From positions 1 through 34,892 of the forward strand of contig CAJRAX010000013.1 of the NCBI GenBank assembly GCA_907165135.1: a stretch of 34,892 nucleotides of DNA. Direction: 5' to 3'. The stretch is from Oikopleura dioica (Eukaryota > Animalia > Chordata). A model generated the notes under the pieces. The model was given only the letters and a program-made list of their open reading frames with translations. It ran no database searches and had not been told where the DNA came from. The position numbers were made by a program, and so were the translations under genes. This document shows positions 24,212 to 34,600 of the stretch, piece after piece. How positions within the stretch are numbered: the stretch's first letter is position 1; each line of letters opens with the position of its first letter.

Positions 24212-25785
24212 TTATGAATTGTCCCCATCTTCCCCAATATCAGAGCTATCCAGAATGTTTTGTGCAAGTTGCACAATCTCCAACGGTTTCTTTCCCTCAG
24301 ATCCCATTCGATAGATAATCTCATTCGAGATTGACTTTGGTAATTTTGATTCAAACTCAACGAGTGTCAAGCGCTCAATTGTATCTTCCCATAAATCCCC
24401 ATCCGGTAAATTTTTGCTCACTAGCATCACAAGATTACGAAGCTCTTCAAATTGCTCCCTGAGCTGTTTATCCCGTGTAATCTTGTATTTAGAAATTTCT
24501 TGTTTTATAAATGCCCGATTGTAATTCAAGATGTCGAGTAAACGTTTGAACACGTCTTCCTCAGACGGATACATAATTCCCTCGATTCCCTTGACAACCA
24601 ATGATTGATAGCGATTCCCGATTGCTGAAATGACGAGTGCGAGCCGATCTTGTCGCGATTGAATATCTTGCAGATCCAGCAAAAATTTAACGTTCTTAAA
24701 CCAAGCGTAAACATCGGTGAATTCCCTGAGCCCCCTTTTTCAAATAATATTGGCAACTTAATTTTATGCATTCTCGGTCTCCCAAGCGAGCCTTGATTGT
24801 CATTGAAATGGACAAAATGGTCATTTACCCGTGGTTGCTGCCCTCCAAGGTCCTCGTTTGAAATTTCTGCCTGATTTCTCATAGAGTTAAGCCCGATCCC
24901 CATGTTCAGATTTAGGGTATTCGCCTCCCCATCAACTCGTCCCGAATTTCCGATTCTTGTGAAAGCATTTCGATACCCAGATAGCCTTTCATCCATTTTT
25001 TCATTCGCAAACTTCAAAAGCTCCCTCTCCAACCTGTCTGCTTCGGCAAATTTTCTTTCAAGTCCCATTATAAGTCCCCGATTAACCTGGTTGTCAGTGA
25101 TGCTTGCCTTTAGTTGACTAAGCATAGTTTTGCTTGACTCGCTCAAATATAATTGTTCTTGTCCATCTTGGACAATTTCACCCTCGACTCCCGTTTCAGT
25201 ATCATTTTCTCCCGACTTAAGCCCATCACCTTCAGCCTCCGCTTCCCCCTCTTTATTTTTGCCCATTTTATCCCCGACTCTCTGGTTCTTTTCCATGAAA
25301 ATCCCCACCTTGCTTCTTTCCTCAAGATTTTTCATCCTTTCCAAAAATTTTTTCCCCTCAAAGATGTACTTTTCATACCCCTTCCCATTCGAAGCGTAAA
25401 ATTCTGCGAGGATTATCTGTGATTCCTCATTTGAAGTCCCATATTTCCCGTTTTTTATTCCTTCCGCATCATAACGAAAAAGTTCCGATCCTTCCTTTTG
25501 TGCAAACTTTACCTTAGCGTCATTCAAATCATAAATGGTAATATGTCCCCTTTCCTCCTCAAATTTAGTCAAACTATTGATTGGAATAAGTAGTGCCCTT
25601 CTGTACTGATCCTCGATGAGTGTTATTTTGAAAATTTCTCCCAACCCCAATTCCTTTAGATTTTTAATTAACTCCTCCTTTTTCATCTGATAATACCCCG
25701 TAACCCTATGCATTTTCCCTAACCATTTCAAATAATCAATTGTTGCCGTCTCCATCCGAATGCATCTCTTGACAATTACCGCCAT
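24212..25785 (-). CDS. gag: Gag-like protein (~520 aa) with N-terminal Rho-N/HeH-like module and C-terminal capsid-like domain; one frameshift near 24731-24741
   Basis: ORFs 24526-25785 and 24212-24682 fuse if one base is added in the A/G homopolymer run at ~24731-24741. The join gives KIKLPILFEK(R)GLREFTDVYAWFKNVKFLLDLQDIQSRQDRLALVISAIG...VEFESKLPKSISNEII...PLEIVQLAQNI, which follows the Ty3/gypsy capsid pattern (LP.F...DV..W, F...LP..I, ..A..I). No CCHC knuckle was seen. Confidence 0.7.
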
Positions 25786-26539
25786 CTTAATAGAAATAAA
25801 AATATCATTCTTACTATCCCCATTTTTAATTCAACCCTCAACCCTTACTACTGACCCTGATCATCCCTCCTGAATTTTTAAAAATCCTTCTTCCTGATTG
25901 TTTTTAAAATATTCTTCCGAAATAATATTTATTGTTAAACTCGTATTAAAATGAAACTAAATCAAAACCGCCGGTAGATAATTGCGCAAGTTTACGTTTG
26001 GTCTTGATCTATTCATCGCATCCTTATTTTGGTCTTTCATTTGTGCTTTTATATCTTTCCCGAAAATTTATAAAAATATCTATTTAAAAGGTTTAAGTTT
26101 ATCCTAGAAAAATATTTATGTTGTATCACCCTTCCATAATTTCTTAATTTTCGTTCTTGCGTCCCCCTTATTAACGTGCGCGTTTTCAACGACTTGAGAA
26201 TGATAAAAATATTTATTTATAAATCCCTTAATAATTATAAATTTTCCAACCCTTAATTTGATGTGAATTAATTAGCTTTCAATAGAATCTTTCAAAAATA
26301 ATCCCTTTTACCCCGCATGTTCAAATTTCTTTCCCTATCTTTAAACGCGTAATTTCTAGCGGCATTAAAAAAATTCATGATTTTAGTCCCCTTTTATATC
26401 CCTTTATTTAATTTTTCTTTACTCATATTTCGTGCGCTTTTAGGCGGCCTTTGAAAAATAGATAATTTTGATGAAAAGTTTTTCCCCCAATTTTATTAAA
26501 ATTTCCCGAATTTGCCATTTTAACCCCATTTAATAAAAT

Positions 26540-26572
<33 letters not shown>

Positions 26573-27230
26573 GTTATTATAATTATTATTATTATTATTT
26601 CAACCCTTTAACTTTTGTTTCCATTTTAAAATTCCGCGTCAGATTCATATTCATATCCCGCCTACGCATCCCCGTTTAGTCAATTGTCTGTTCCCCTTAT
26701 CAATTTTGTTGCATGGGAAAACTCATATTCCTCATGACGTCTTTATCTTCCCACCCAAGAATGTTCCTACTTATGCAAATTTACCCCATAATCACGAAAA
26801 TTTTGTAATTTTATTTCTATCCCCCGGTGCCAAGTTTTGGGCTTGAATACGAAATATCGTAAAACAAATAATAAAAATTTCTTTTCTATAAAATTTTTCC
26901 CCGGTCTTCCTTTTTTATCTTATTTAATTTTTTATCTTAATAATTATTTTCTTATAAATTTACCCCTTACTTCCTAAATTGATTCTCTTTTGAAATTTTA
27001 CCCCATAAATTTTATAAACCCTTAATAATAAAAACACAAATGAAAAAACTCAAAATAACGCATTTTTTCTCCCTAAAAAATGATTGATAATGGCCATTAA
27101 ATTCATCCTCATCCTTTTTTATTATTTATAAAATCATCCTCGCGATTTTTTTAAAAATAATATCTATCCTTACTATCCTAACTATAAAATTTAATTTCTA
27201 AATTCCGAAAGCATGGATTCTAAAACTTAC
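25786..27230 (-). other. Predicted 1445-nt leader intron of E2
   Basis: Donor CAA|GTAAGT (27230-27225) lies directly after the PBS. Acceptor ATTTTTATTTCTATTAAG|ATG places AG (25787-25786) immediately before the gag start codon. The intervening DNA is very AT-rich with no long ORF. Confidence 0.55.
26543..26599. repeat. (ATT)n microsatellite, ~19 units, slightly interrupted
   Basis: Read directly; it lies inside the E2 leader. Confidence 0.95.
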
Positions 27231-27231
27231 T

Positions 27232-27239
27232 TGTCACCA
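27232..27239 (-). promoter_or_regulatory. Primer-binding-site-like TGGTGACA
   Basis: It starts 2 nt after the CA end of the 5' LTR. TGGTGAC matches the first 7 nt of the tRNA-Trp-type PBS (TGGTGACCCC...) and then diverges, so primer identity is uncertain. Confidence 0.55.
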
Positions 27240-27241
27240 GT

Positions 27242-27541
27242 TGCAAAGACGCTGAGAGACTCCTGGATTGCTGCGTAGTTGCTGTAGAATAGATGAACTC
27301 GGGGCCAGTAGTAAAGCAGGATAAAGTGTGTTTATTTCTCGATATTGTGTTTTTTAAGACTGTGTGTGAAGTGAACAGAAAGAGGTTGAGCTGCTTGCTT
27401 ATCAGTGTAGGCGCGCGGCTCCGAGACGGTAGAATGCTTTCTGGAAGTGCTGACATGCAACAACCAGAAGCAATCCACGAAATAAAGACTCTCACAACCA
27501 TCCTCCCTTCAATTTTTGATGTTAAAGATTATCCAACCCCA
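27242..27541 (-). repeat. E2 5' LTR
   Basis: Identical to 23526-23825 except for one extra T in GTGTTTTTTAAG and one missing G in TTCAA(G)TTTTT. Confidence 0.92.
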
Positions 27542-30167
27542 ACAAAACGCATCGAAAAAATTTCGCGATTTTTATGAACTTAACATCAACTAAAAACGCG
27601 AAAAAACGCATCAAAAAATTTTTGCGAATTTTATGAACTTAACATCGTCTAAAAACGCGAAAAAACGCATCAAAAAATTTTCGCGAATTTCATGAATTTT
27701 ACATCGTCTAAAAACGCGAAAAAACGCATCCAAAAATTTCCGCGATTTTTATGAACTAAACATCGTCTAAAAACGCGAAAAAACGCATCAAAAAATTTTC
27801 ACGATTTTTATGAACTTAACATCGTCTAAAAACGCGAAAAAACGCATCAAAAAATTTTCGCGATTTTTATGAACTAAACATCGTCTTAAAACGCGAAAAA
27901 ACGCATTAAAAATTTTCACGATTTTTATGAACTTAACATCGTCTAAAAACGCGAAAAAACTCATCAAAGAATTTTCGCGATTTTTATGAAATAAACATCG
28001 TCTAAAAACGCGAAAAAACGCATCAAAAATTTTACGCGATTTTTATGAACTAAACATCGTCTAAAAACGCGAAAAAATGCATCAAAAAATTTTCGCGATT
28101 TTTATGAACTAAACATCGTCTAAAAACGCGAAAAAACGCATCAAAAATTTTCGCGATTTTTATGAACTTAACATCGTCTAAAAACGCGAAAAAACGCATC
28201 AAAAAATTTTCGCGAATTTTATGAACTTATACATCGTCTAAAAACGCGAAAAAACGCATCCAAAAATTTCCGCGATTTTTATGAACTAAACATCGTCTAA
28301 AAACGCGAAAAAACGCATCAAAAATTTTTACGATTTTTATGAACAAAACATCGTCTAAAAACGCGAAAAAACGCATCAAAAATTTTCGCGATTTTTATGA
28401 ACCAAACATCGTTGAAAAACGCGAAAAAACGCATCAAAAATTTTCGCGATTTTTATGAACTAAACATCGTCTAAAAACGCGAAAAAACGCATCAAAAAAT
28501 TTTCGCTATTTTTATAAACTTAACATCGTCTAAAAACGCGAAAAAACGCATCAAAAAATTTTCGCGATTTTTATGAACTTAACATCGTCTAAAAACGCGA
28601 AAAAACGCATCAAAAAATTTTCGCGATTTTTATGAACTAAACATCGTCTAAAAACGCGAAAAAACGCATCGAAAAATTTTCGCGATTTTTATGAACTAAA
28701 CATCGTCTTAAAACGCGAAAAAACGCATCAAAAAATTTTCGCGATTTTTATAAACATAACATCGTCTAAAAACGCGAAAAAACGCATCAAAAATTTTCGC
28801 GATTTTTATGAACTTAAACATCGTCTAAAAACGCGAAAAACGCATCAAAAATTTTCGCGATTTTTATGAACTAAACATCGTCTAAAAACGCGAAAAAACG
28901 CATTAAAAAATTTTCGCGATTTTTATGAACTTAACATCGTCTAAAAACGCGAAAAAACGCATCAAAAAATTACGCGATTTTATGAACTAATCATCGTCTT
29001 AAAACGCGAAAAAACGCATTAAAAAATTTTCACGATTTTTATGAACTTAACATCGTCTAAAAACGCGAAAAAACGCATCAAAAAATTTTCGCGATTTTTA
29101 TGATTTTAACATCGTCTAAAAACGCGAAAAACGCATCAAAAAATTTTCGCGATTTTTATGAACTAAACATCGTCTAAAAACGCGAAAAAACGCATCAAAA
29201 AATTTTCGCGATTTTTAAGAACTAAACATCGTCTAAAAACGCGAAAAAACGCATCAAAAAATTTTCACGATTTTTATGAACTTGACATCGTCTAAAAACG
29301 CGAAAAAACGCATCAAAAAATTACGCGATTTTATGAACTAAACATCGTCTTAAAACGCGAAAAAACGCATTAAAAAATTTTCGCGATTTTTATGATTTTA
29401 ACATCGTCTAAAAACGCGAAAAAACTCATCAAAAAATTTTCGCGATTTTTATGAACTTAACATCGTCTAAAAACGCGAAAAAACGCATCAAAAATTTTCG
29501 CGATTTTTATGAACTTAACATCGTCTAAAAACGCGAAAAAACGCATCAAAAAATTTTCGCGATTTTTATGAACTAAACATCGTCTAAAAACGCGAAAAAA
29601 CGCATTTAAAAATTTTCGCGATTTTTATGAACTAAACATCGTCTAAAAACGCGAAAAAATGCATCAAAAAATTTTCGCGATTTTTATAAACTTAACATCG
29701 TCTAAAAACGCGTAAAAACGCATCGAAAAAATTTCGCGATTTTTATGAACTTAACATCAACTAAAAACGCGAAAAAACGCATCAAAAAATTTTTGCGAAT
29801 TTTATGAACTTAACATCGTCTAAAAACGCGAAAAAACGCATCAAAAAATTTTCGCGAATTTCATGAATTTTACATCGTCTAAAAACGCGAAAAAACGCAT
29901 CCAAAAATTTCCGCGATTTTTATGAACTAAACATCGTCTAAAAACGCGAAAAAACGCATCAAAAAATTTTCACGATTTTTATGAACTTAACATCGTCTAA
30001 AAACGCGAAAAAACGCATCAAAAAATTTTCGCGATTTTTATGAACTAATCATCGTCTTAAAACGCGAAAAAACGCATTAAAAAATTTTCACGATTTTTAT
30101 GATTTTAACATCGTCTAAAAACGCGAAAAAACTCATCAAAGAATTTTCGCGATTTTTATGAAATAAA
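27542..30167. repeat. 58-59 bp satellite, block 3 (~45 monomers)
   Basis: Same monomer and same orientation as blocks 1 and 2. Confidence 0.99.
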
Positions 30168-30576
30168 TGATACGGAAGCGGCTGTCCTGCAAGAATTTTG
30201 CTCGATCTCTAACTCTAGAATGCCAAGCCAAAACAACGAGAATCAAATTTAAAATTTGCGTGGTTTTATTTGTGATTTGAATGACGGAAAAAGGCGCGAC
30301 GCGGGGTTAAATAGCAGCGAGATTCAATCAGTGTTTTTGAACAAGCGGTTGTTTTTGAAAAACAATTTTTCTTTCGAAAACAAGGAAGAGAGCCCGTGGC
30401 TTCTTTTAGCGGTTTTTCTTGCGGGAAATCCTTTCGGATCGATTTCTTTTCGGAAGAGGAGCTGGTCGAACTTGCCAAGCAAGTTATTTTCAAAGGTTTC
30501 GGGAGCCGGCGCCGCGCGTGACGAGATAAAACGCAAATTAATTATTTTTTCATAATAAAAGCAGAAAATAATAACA
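30168..30576 (-). repeat. Putative 3' LTR of E3
   Basis: The CA end at 30168 is well supported by the satellite junction. Minus-strand TATTTAA (30307-30313) is followed by AATAAA (30264-30269). The TG start at 30576 (TGTTAT...GTATCA) is a guess, since there is no second copy and no clean PPT. Confidence 0.4.
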
Positions 30577-30967
30577 GCCACTTAAACTTCTCACTATGTG
30601 ACCGTAGAAGTGACTGTTAATTATGATTGAAATAAATAAAGGATGAGAAAAGTAAAAGAATATATACAAAATTTTAACAAATAAATTGAATAAAATTTGG
30701 TCAGGATTTTATAAAATAAATTTATCAAAATTGAAATCATAGAAGAAGCAAATTCCAAGGAACATACCCGGGGAAGTTACTGTCGCGGTTCGCACCGTAT
30801 CTTCTCTTACGGATGAGCTAGTTTGCGACAAGCGGACGCACTGACAGAGAGTTTGTCCGACCCCACGGCACCGAGATGATACGACGGTTTATCTGCTCGT
30901 TGGAGTTGTTGTTGTTGAAGAAGGTGTTGACGGCTGTTCTGTTGTAGACTTTGAATCGTATGTACTG

Positions 30968-31410
30968 TCAATAATCGAACTTTAAAATCGCAAAGCAATG
31001 ATAAGAAATATCAATAAATAGATTAAACATGCGGTTTTGCGAATTGCATATTTTTGATGAATTGACGTCAGATCGCATTATGATGAGAGCATATGAGCAT
31101 TCCAATGATAAAAGTAGAAATCGTAAAGAGATGACATGATGATAAGACAATTTTGGGTCAATCTGGCTCGTAAAAACTGACCATCTTTTCATTTTGAGAA
31201 GAATATCGTGAAATGATTTTTGAAAAAATGTCTGATCAATTTGGTGATACCAAGCTGACAAGACAAATTTAAACCAACGTAGAACCGAATTGACGTAAAT
31301 ACTTGGCCGTGAAATAAATTTTTGTGTTGCTTGAGGCGTTGTTCCCTAAGGATATCACTGTGACCTTCCATGGGTCGCAAACGAGCATCTTTTTCGCCTT
31401 TCTTTTTCAT
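30968..31410 (-). other. Short overlapping ORFs downstream of pol (73 aa at 31189-31410; ~127 open codons ending at 30968)
   Basis: The 73-aa ORF starts in an ATGA overlap with the upstream stop (31407-31410). A second frame is open from ~31350 to 30968. There is no recognisable motif, so they may be non-coding. Confidence 0.25.
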
Positions 31411-31613
31411 ATTTCAGTTTCAAAGTCTGGAAGAAAAACAAGAACATTTTTTCGCATCGGATGATTTGGAAATTTTTTCAGCAATTCTGTTTCGATAGAT
31501 GCCTGTAAGATTGTCTTTGAACAGTTTTTAAATTTACAGGATAAATCATAAAAAGCGCAAACAGTCTTTAGCTCGGGGACAGTTAGTTCGTACAACGTTC
31601 GCTCTTTTGCACT
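31407..31613 (-). pseudogene. In-frame continuation of pol after a TAG: second SAP/HeH-like repeat
   Basis: The sequence reads CTT TAG AGT GCA AAA GAG CGA ACG TTG TAC GAA CTA ACT = L*SAKERTLYELTVPELKTVCAFYDL..., in the same frame as pol. It aligns with the last 55 aa of pol. Confidence 0.7.
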
Positions 31614-34600
31614 CTAAAGACCGCAAAAAAGAAGTTGTCCGTTTCTCGATTTACGCCAATTCGGATACTCTCTACGAATAGTTTCCTTCACTTTTATCTG
31701 AAGTTTCGCCCTTGATTCCTCGAGATCAAAGTCCTGATTCATTTTAAAAAGAATGAATAACAGAGAGTCTCTTGTTAATTCGTTCAGTTTGATAAATATG
31801 CCATTTTCAACATAGGTCTCCTCTATGTCGTCTGTATTTTTCCATTTATCATTTAGATGTTCGAAAAAGTCAAGATCATGATTTTCCATTTTAATTAAAA
31901 TTGACATGTTTTCCAAATTATTTTCAACTGTAAATTTAGCAATTTTTCGCTCGACAACGGAATCATCAGATCTTTCCCTTCTACGTTTTAGAGCAACTAA
32001 CGGATCAATTTCGGGCAATTTATCGTACGATGTCAAATTAACAGAGAGCTCAGAATCAGAACTTGATTTCTCGGAATCAAGCACAATGTCTGATCCATTT
32101 CCTACTTGATTCAAATCAGGTTGTTGATTTCGATAAATTTTTGGTAATGGCATTTCTATCAAAAGAGTCGATGAGGATGAAAAATTATCTGGTTCTGAAG
32201 AAGAACTAGACCGCTCCCGATAAGGTTCCGATTGTAAAGACTGATCTGACATTTCGGAGGATAAAGATTCATGCGCTATTTCCGATTCTTTTTCTGTAGA
32301 GAAATTTTTCGCAAACCGACCAAGGAAATCCCTCGAAAAAAGACAATCTTCGGAGAAAAATTCGAAAAGCTCGAGATCATTTTCTTGTACTTTTGTCACA
32401 ATCTTGGGATATTTTTCAGCATCGTTATTCGTCTCATCAGTTAAATTCCGCTGAGAATAACTTTTTATATGCTCTGCATGACGCCGAAATTCGTCCTTAT
32501 CATTTTTAACAGTGTACCACAGGCCACTCGGGGATTTAAACGTAACTTCATAAGGACCAATAAATGGAGGGAATTTTTCGCGGAAATTTTTGATAAGAAC
32601 TTTATCGCCTAAATTATATTCTTTGAACCGGGGATTATCAAATTTGTTCATTCTTTTTTGTTTTTCTTGTTCAATTTTTGCACGAATTTTCTCAAAATCA
32701 ACGTCGATTTTATCTCCGTATGTTCGCCAATAAGGGTCTTGAAAATGATGACTGCTTTTTATACCAGTTTCTACACAAAATGGGGTTGTTCCGAGTACTG
32801 TATGTAGACTACTGTTTATTTCGTGAACAATTTCAAACAGAAAAATATCCCAATTCACCCAATTTGAACGAGCCCTAAGCCTGGCTTTTATGGTTCTATT
32901 GACGTTTTCAACTTGCCCATTAGATTGGGGATGGCGCGGGGGAATATAATGCACACCAATTTTGTTTTCTTTCAAAAATTTTTCAATCAAAACGTGTTCC
33001 TTCGCGTTATCTAAAACCATATATTTTGGAAATTTTGGATTTCTAAATAATACGCTTCGAAACTTTTGCAGTAAATAATCCGATTTTTTGCAAGATAAGG
33101 GCTCCGCATAAACTTTTTTGCTGAAACCGTCAATAACCACCATTACATATTTATGACCAAAATCAGTTTCTTGAAGTGGGCCGATTAAATCGAAGTACAA
33201 AATTTCAAAAGGGCCGCTTGGTGTTTCAGATTTACCTAAGGGAGGTTTGTTAGGCTGTAAATTTGGTTTTGAAATTTGACATTTGTGACATGATTTAATA
33301 AAGCTCGCGACTGTGTTTTTTAATCCCGGCCAAAAATACTTTCTAGAAATTTTCTCGGCTGTTATATCGATTCCAAAATGAGAATGATCATGATATTCGC
33401 TGCAAATTGTCTCTGTCAAAGCCTCGGGGACGCAAAATCTTTTTTGATATGCTGGAGAGTTTATTGCTAGTTCCCCGGACTCAAGAATTTCAAGGTCAGG
33501 TCTACGTAAAAAATATGGGTAAAGCTCACTAGCTGGGTTATTTGGCCATCTATCAATTTTAACGAAACGTCTTACTTGTGATAATACTCGGTCAGATTTT
33601 TGAAACTCAACAAATGATTCAGGGGTAAACTTTATTTGATTGATTGAACAATTTAATGTATTACGACTAAGGCAATCACTTATTTTCATTTGATGAGTTT
33701 TTCTTTGTTCAATTCGAAATGAAAATCCCTGAAGCTCCGTAAACCATCTTTGAATTTTTAAATTACTTGTCTTGAAGGATTGAGCGTATTTTACGCAAGA
33801 ATTATCAGTAATCCAAAGAAAATCGACATAAGCAAGATAAGCTCTCCATCGTTCCATACATGTTTTCCCACTATATAGCTCTTTTTCCAATGTCCCGTAT
33901 TTTTGTTGTGCCGGCGTAAAATTTAGCGAGTGGTAAGCTATCGGTTGCAAGCAATTATGCGAATGATGGTGATCTTTATTTCGCTCCGCGCAAAGATAAA
34001 GAACTCCACCAAGACTATGGTTGGATGCGTCAGTCTCAAGTACAAAAACACCGTTATTTAGTGGGGGGATTTTGAGCTCCAGAGTATTATGGCAGATGAT
34101 ACTTTTGAGCTTTTCGAGTGAAATCGTCGCCTCTTTTGTCCAACAAAATGAACCTCTGTACGTTTTTGAAATTTCCACTCCCAGGGGTGCAAAATTTTTA
34201 ATAAACTTTCTGTGCTGCGAAAGAAGTCCGAAAAGTGATTGTGCCTCCTCTCGGTTTCTTGGAATAGAAAGATTTTTAACCGCTTCGATCTTGTCCTGTG
34301 ATGGCCGTATTCTCCCGTTAAAAATTTCAAATCCCAAAATGCATGCTTTTCGCTCAAAAAAACTCGCTTTGTCAATATTTATCCGTAAATTATTTTGATC
34401 TAAAATTTGAAAAAATTTAGATAAATTGGCTAGGTGTTCCTCCTCTGTTCTTGAATGGACCACAAGATCGTCAAGATATGCGCAAATTTGAGTTTTTGGC
34501 GTGTCTCGTAAAATAACATCCATGCATTTTGCGAAATGAATAGGGGCATTTTTAAGACCCATGGGAAGCCTTTTCCAAGTAAATTGTCCGTCTTCAGTCG

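Larger units (their letters stand above)
23526..27541 (-). mobile_element. E2: complete non-autonomous gag-only LTR retrotransposon, 4016 bp
   Basis: Two 300-bp direct repeats read TG...CA on the minus strand and differ by only two 1-nt indels. TGG PBS-like site 2 nt after the 5' LTR; one gag-like frame. No protease, RT, RNase H or integrase motifs; no TSD; no clear PPT. Confidence 0.9.

Noticed and set aside
24725-24750. Programmed -1 frameshift inside gag
   Set aside because: There is no in-frame X XXY YYZ heptamer, and the shift would split the capsid motif. A homopolymer indel (mutation or assembly error) is more likely.
23526-27541. E2 as a DIRS/Ngaro or Penelope-like element because it lacks a TSD
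   Set aside because: The repeats are simple direct TG...CA LTRs with an adjacent TGG PBS-like site. No tyrosine recombinase, GIY-YIG or RT is encoded.
7338-30167. CRISPR-like array
   Set aside because: Monomers are head-to-tail with no unique spacers and no cas genes, in a eukaryotic transposon context.
5751-31616. Alternative genetic code (TAA/TAG = Gln), since both in-frame stops read well as Gln
   Set aside because: The 1090-aa Pol has no other internal TAA/TAG, and the gag, env-like and ORF B frames end in TAA/TAG. Two C>T changes are more parsimonious.
31620-32560. Chromodomain at the integrase C-terminus
   Set aside because: No aromatic-cage pattern (Y..E.I...R...YLVKW.G) is present; the tail is low-complexity plus helical repeats.
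31906-34398. Plus-strand and alternate-frame ORFs overlapping pol, and those overlapping gag (24902-25422) and E1 (5110-6767, minus)
   Set aside because: These are shadow ORFs of real coding frames with no motifs of their own.
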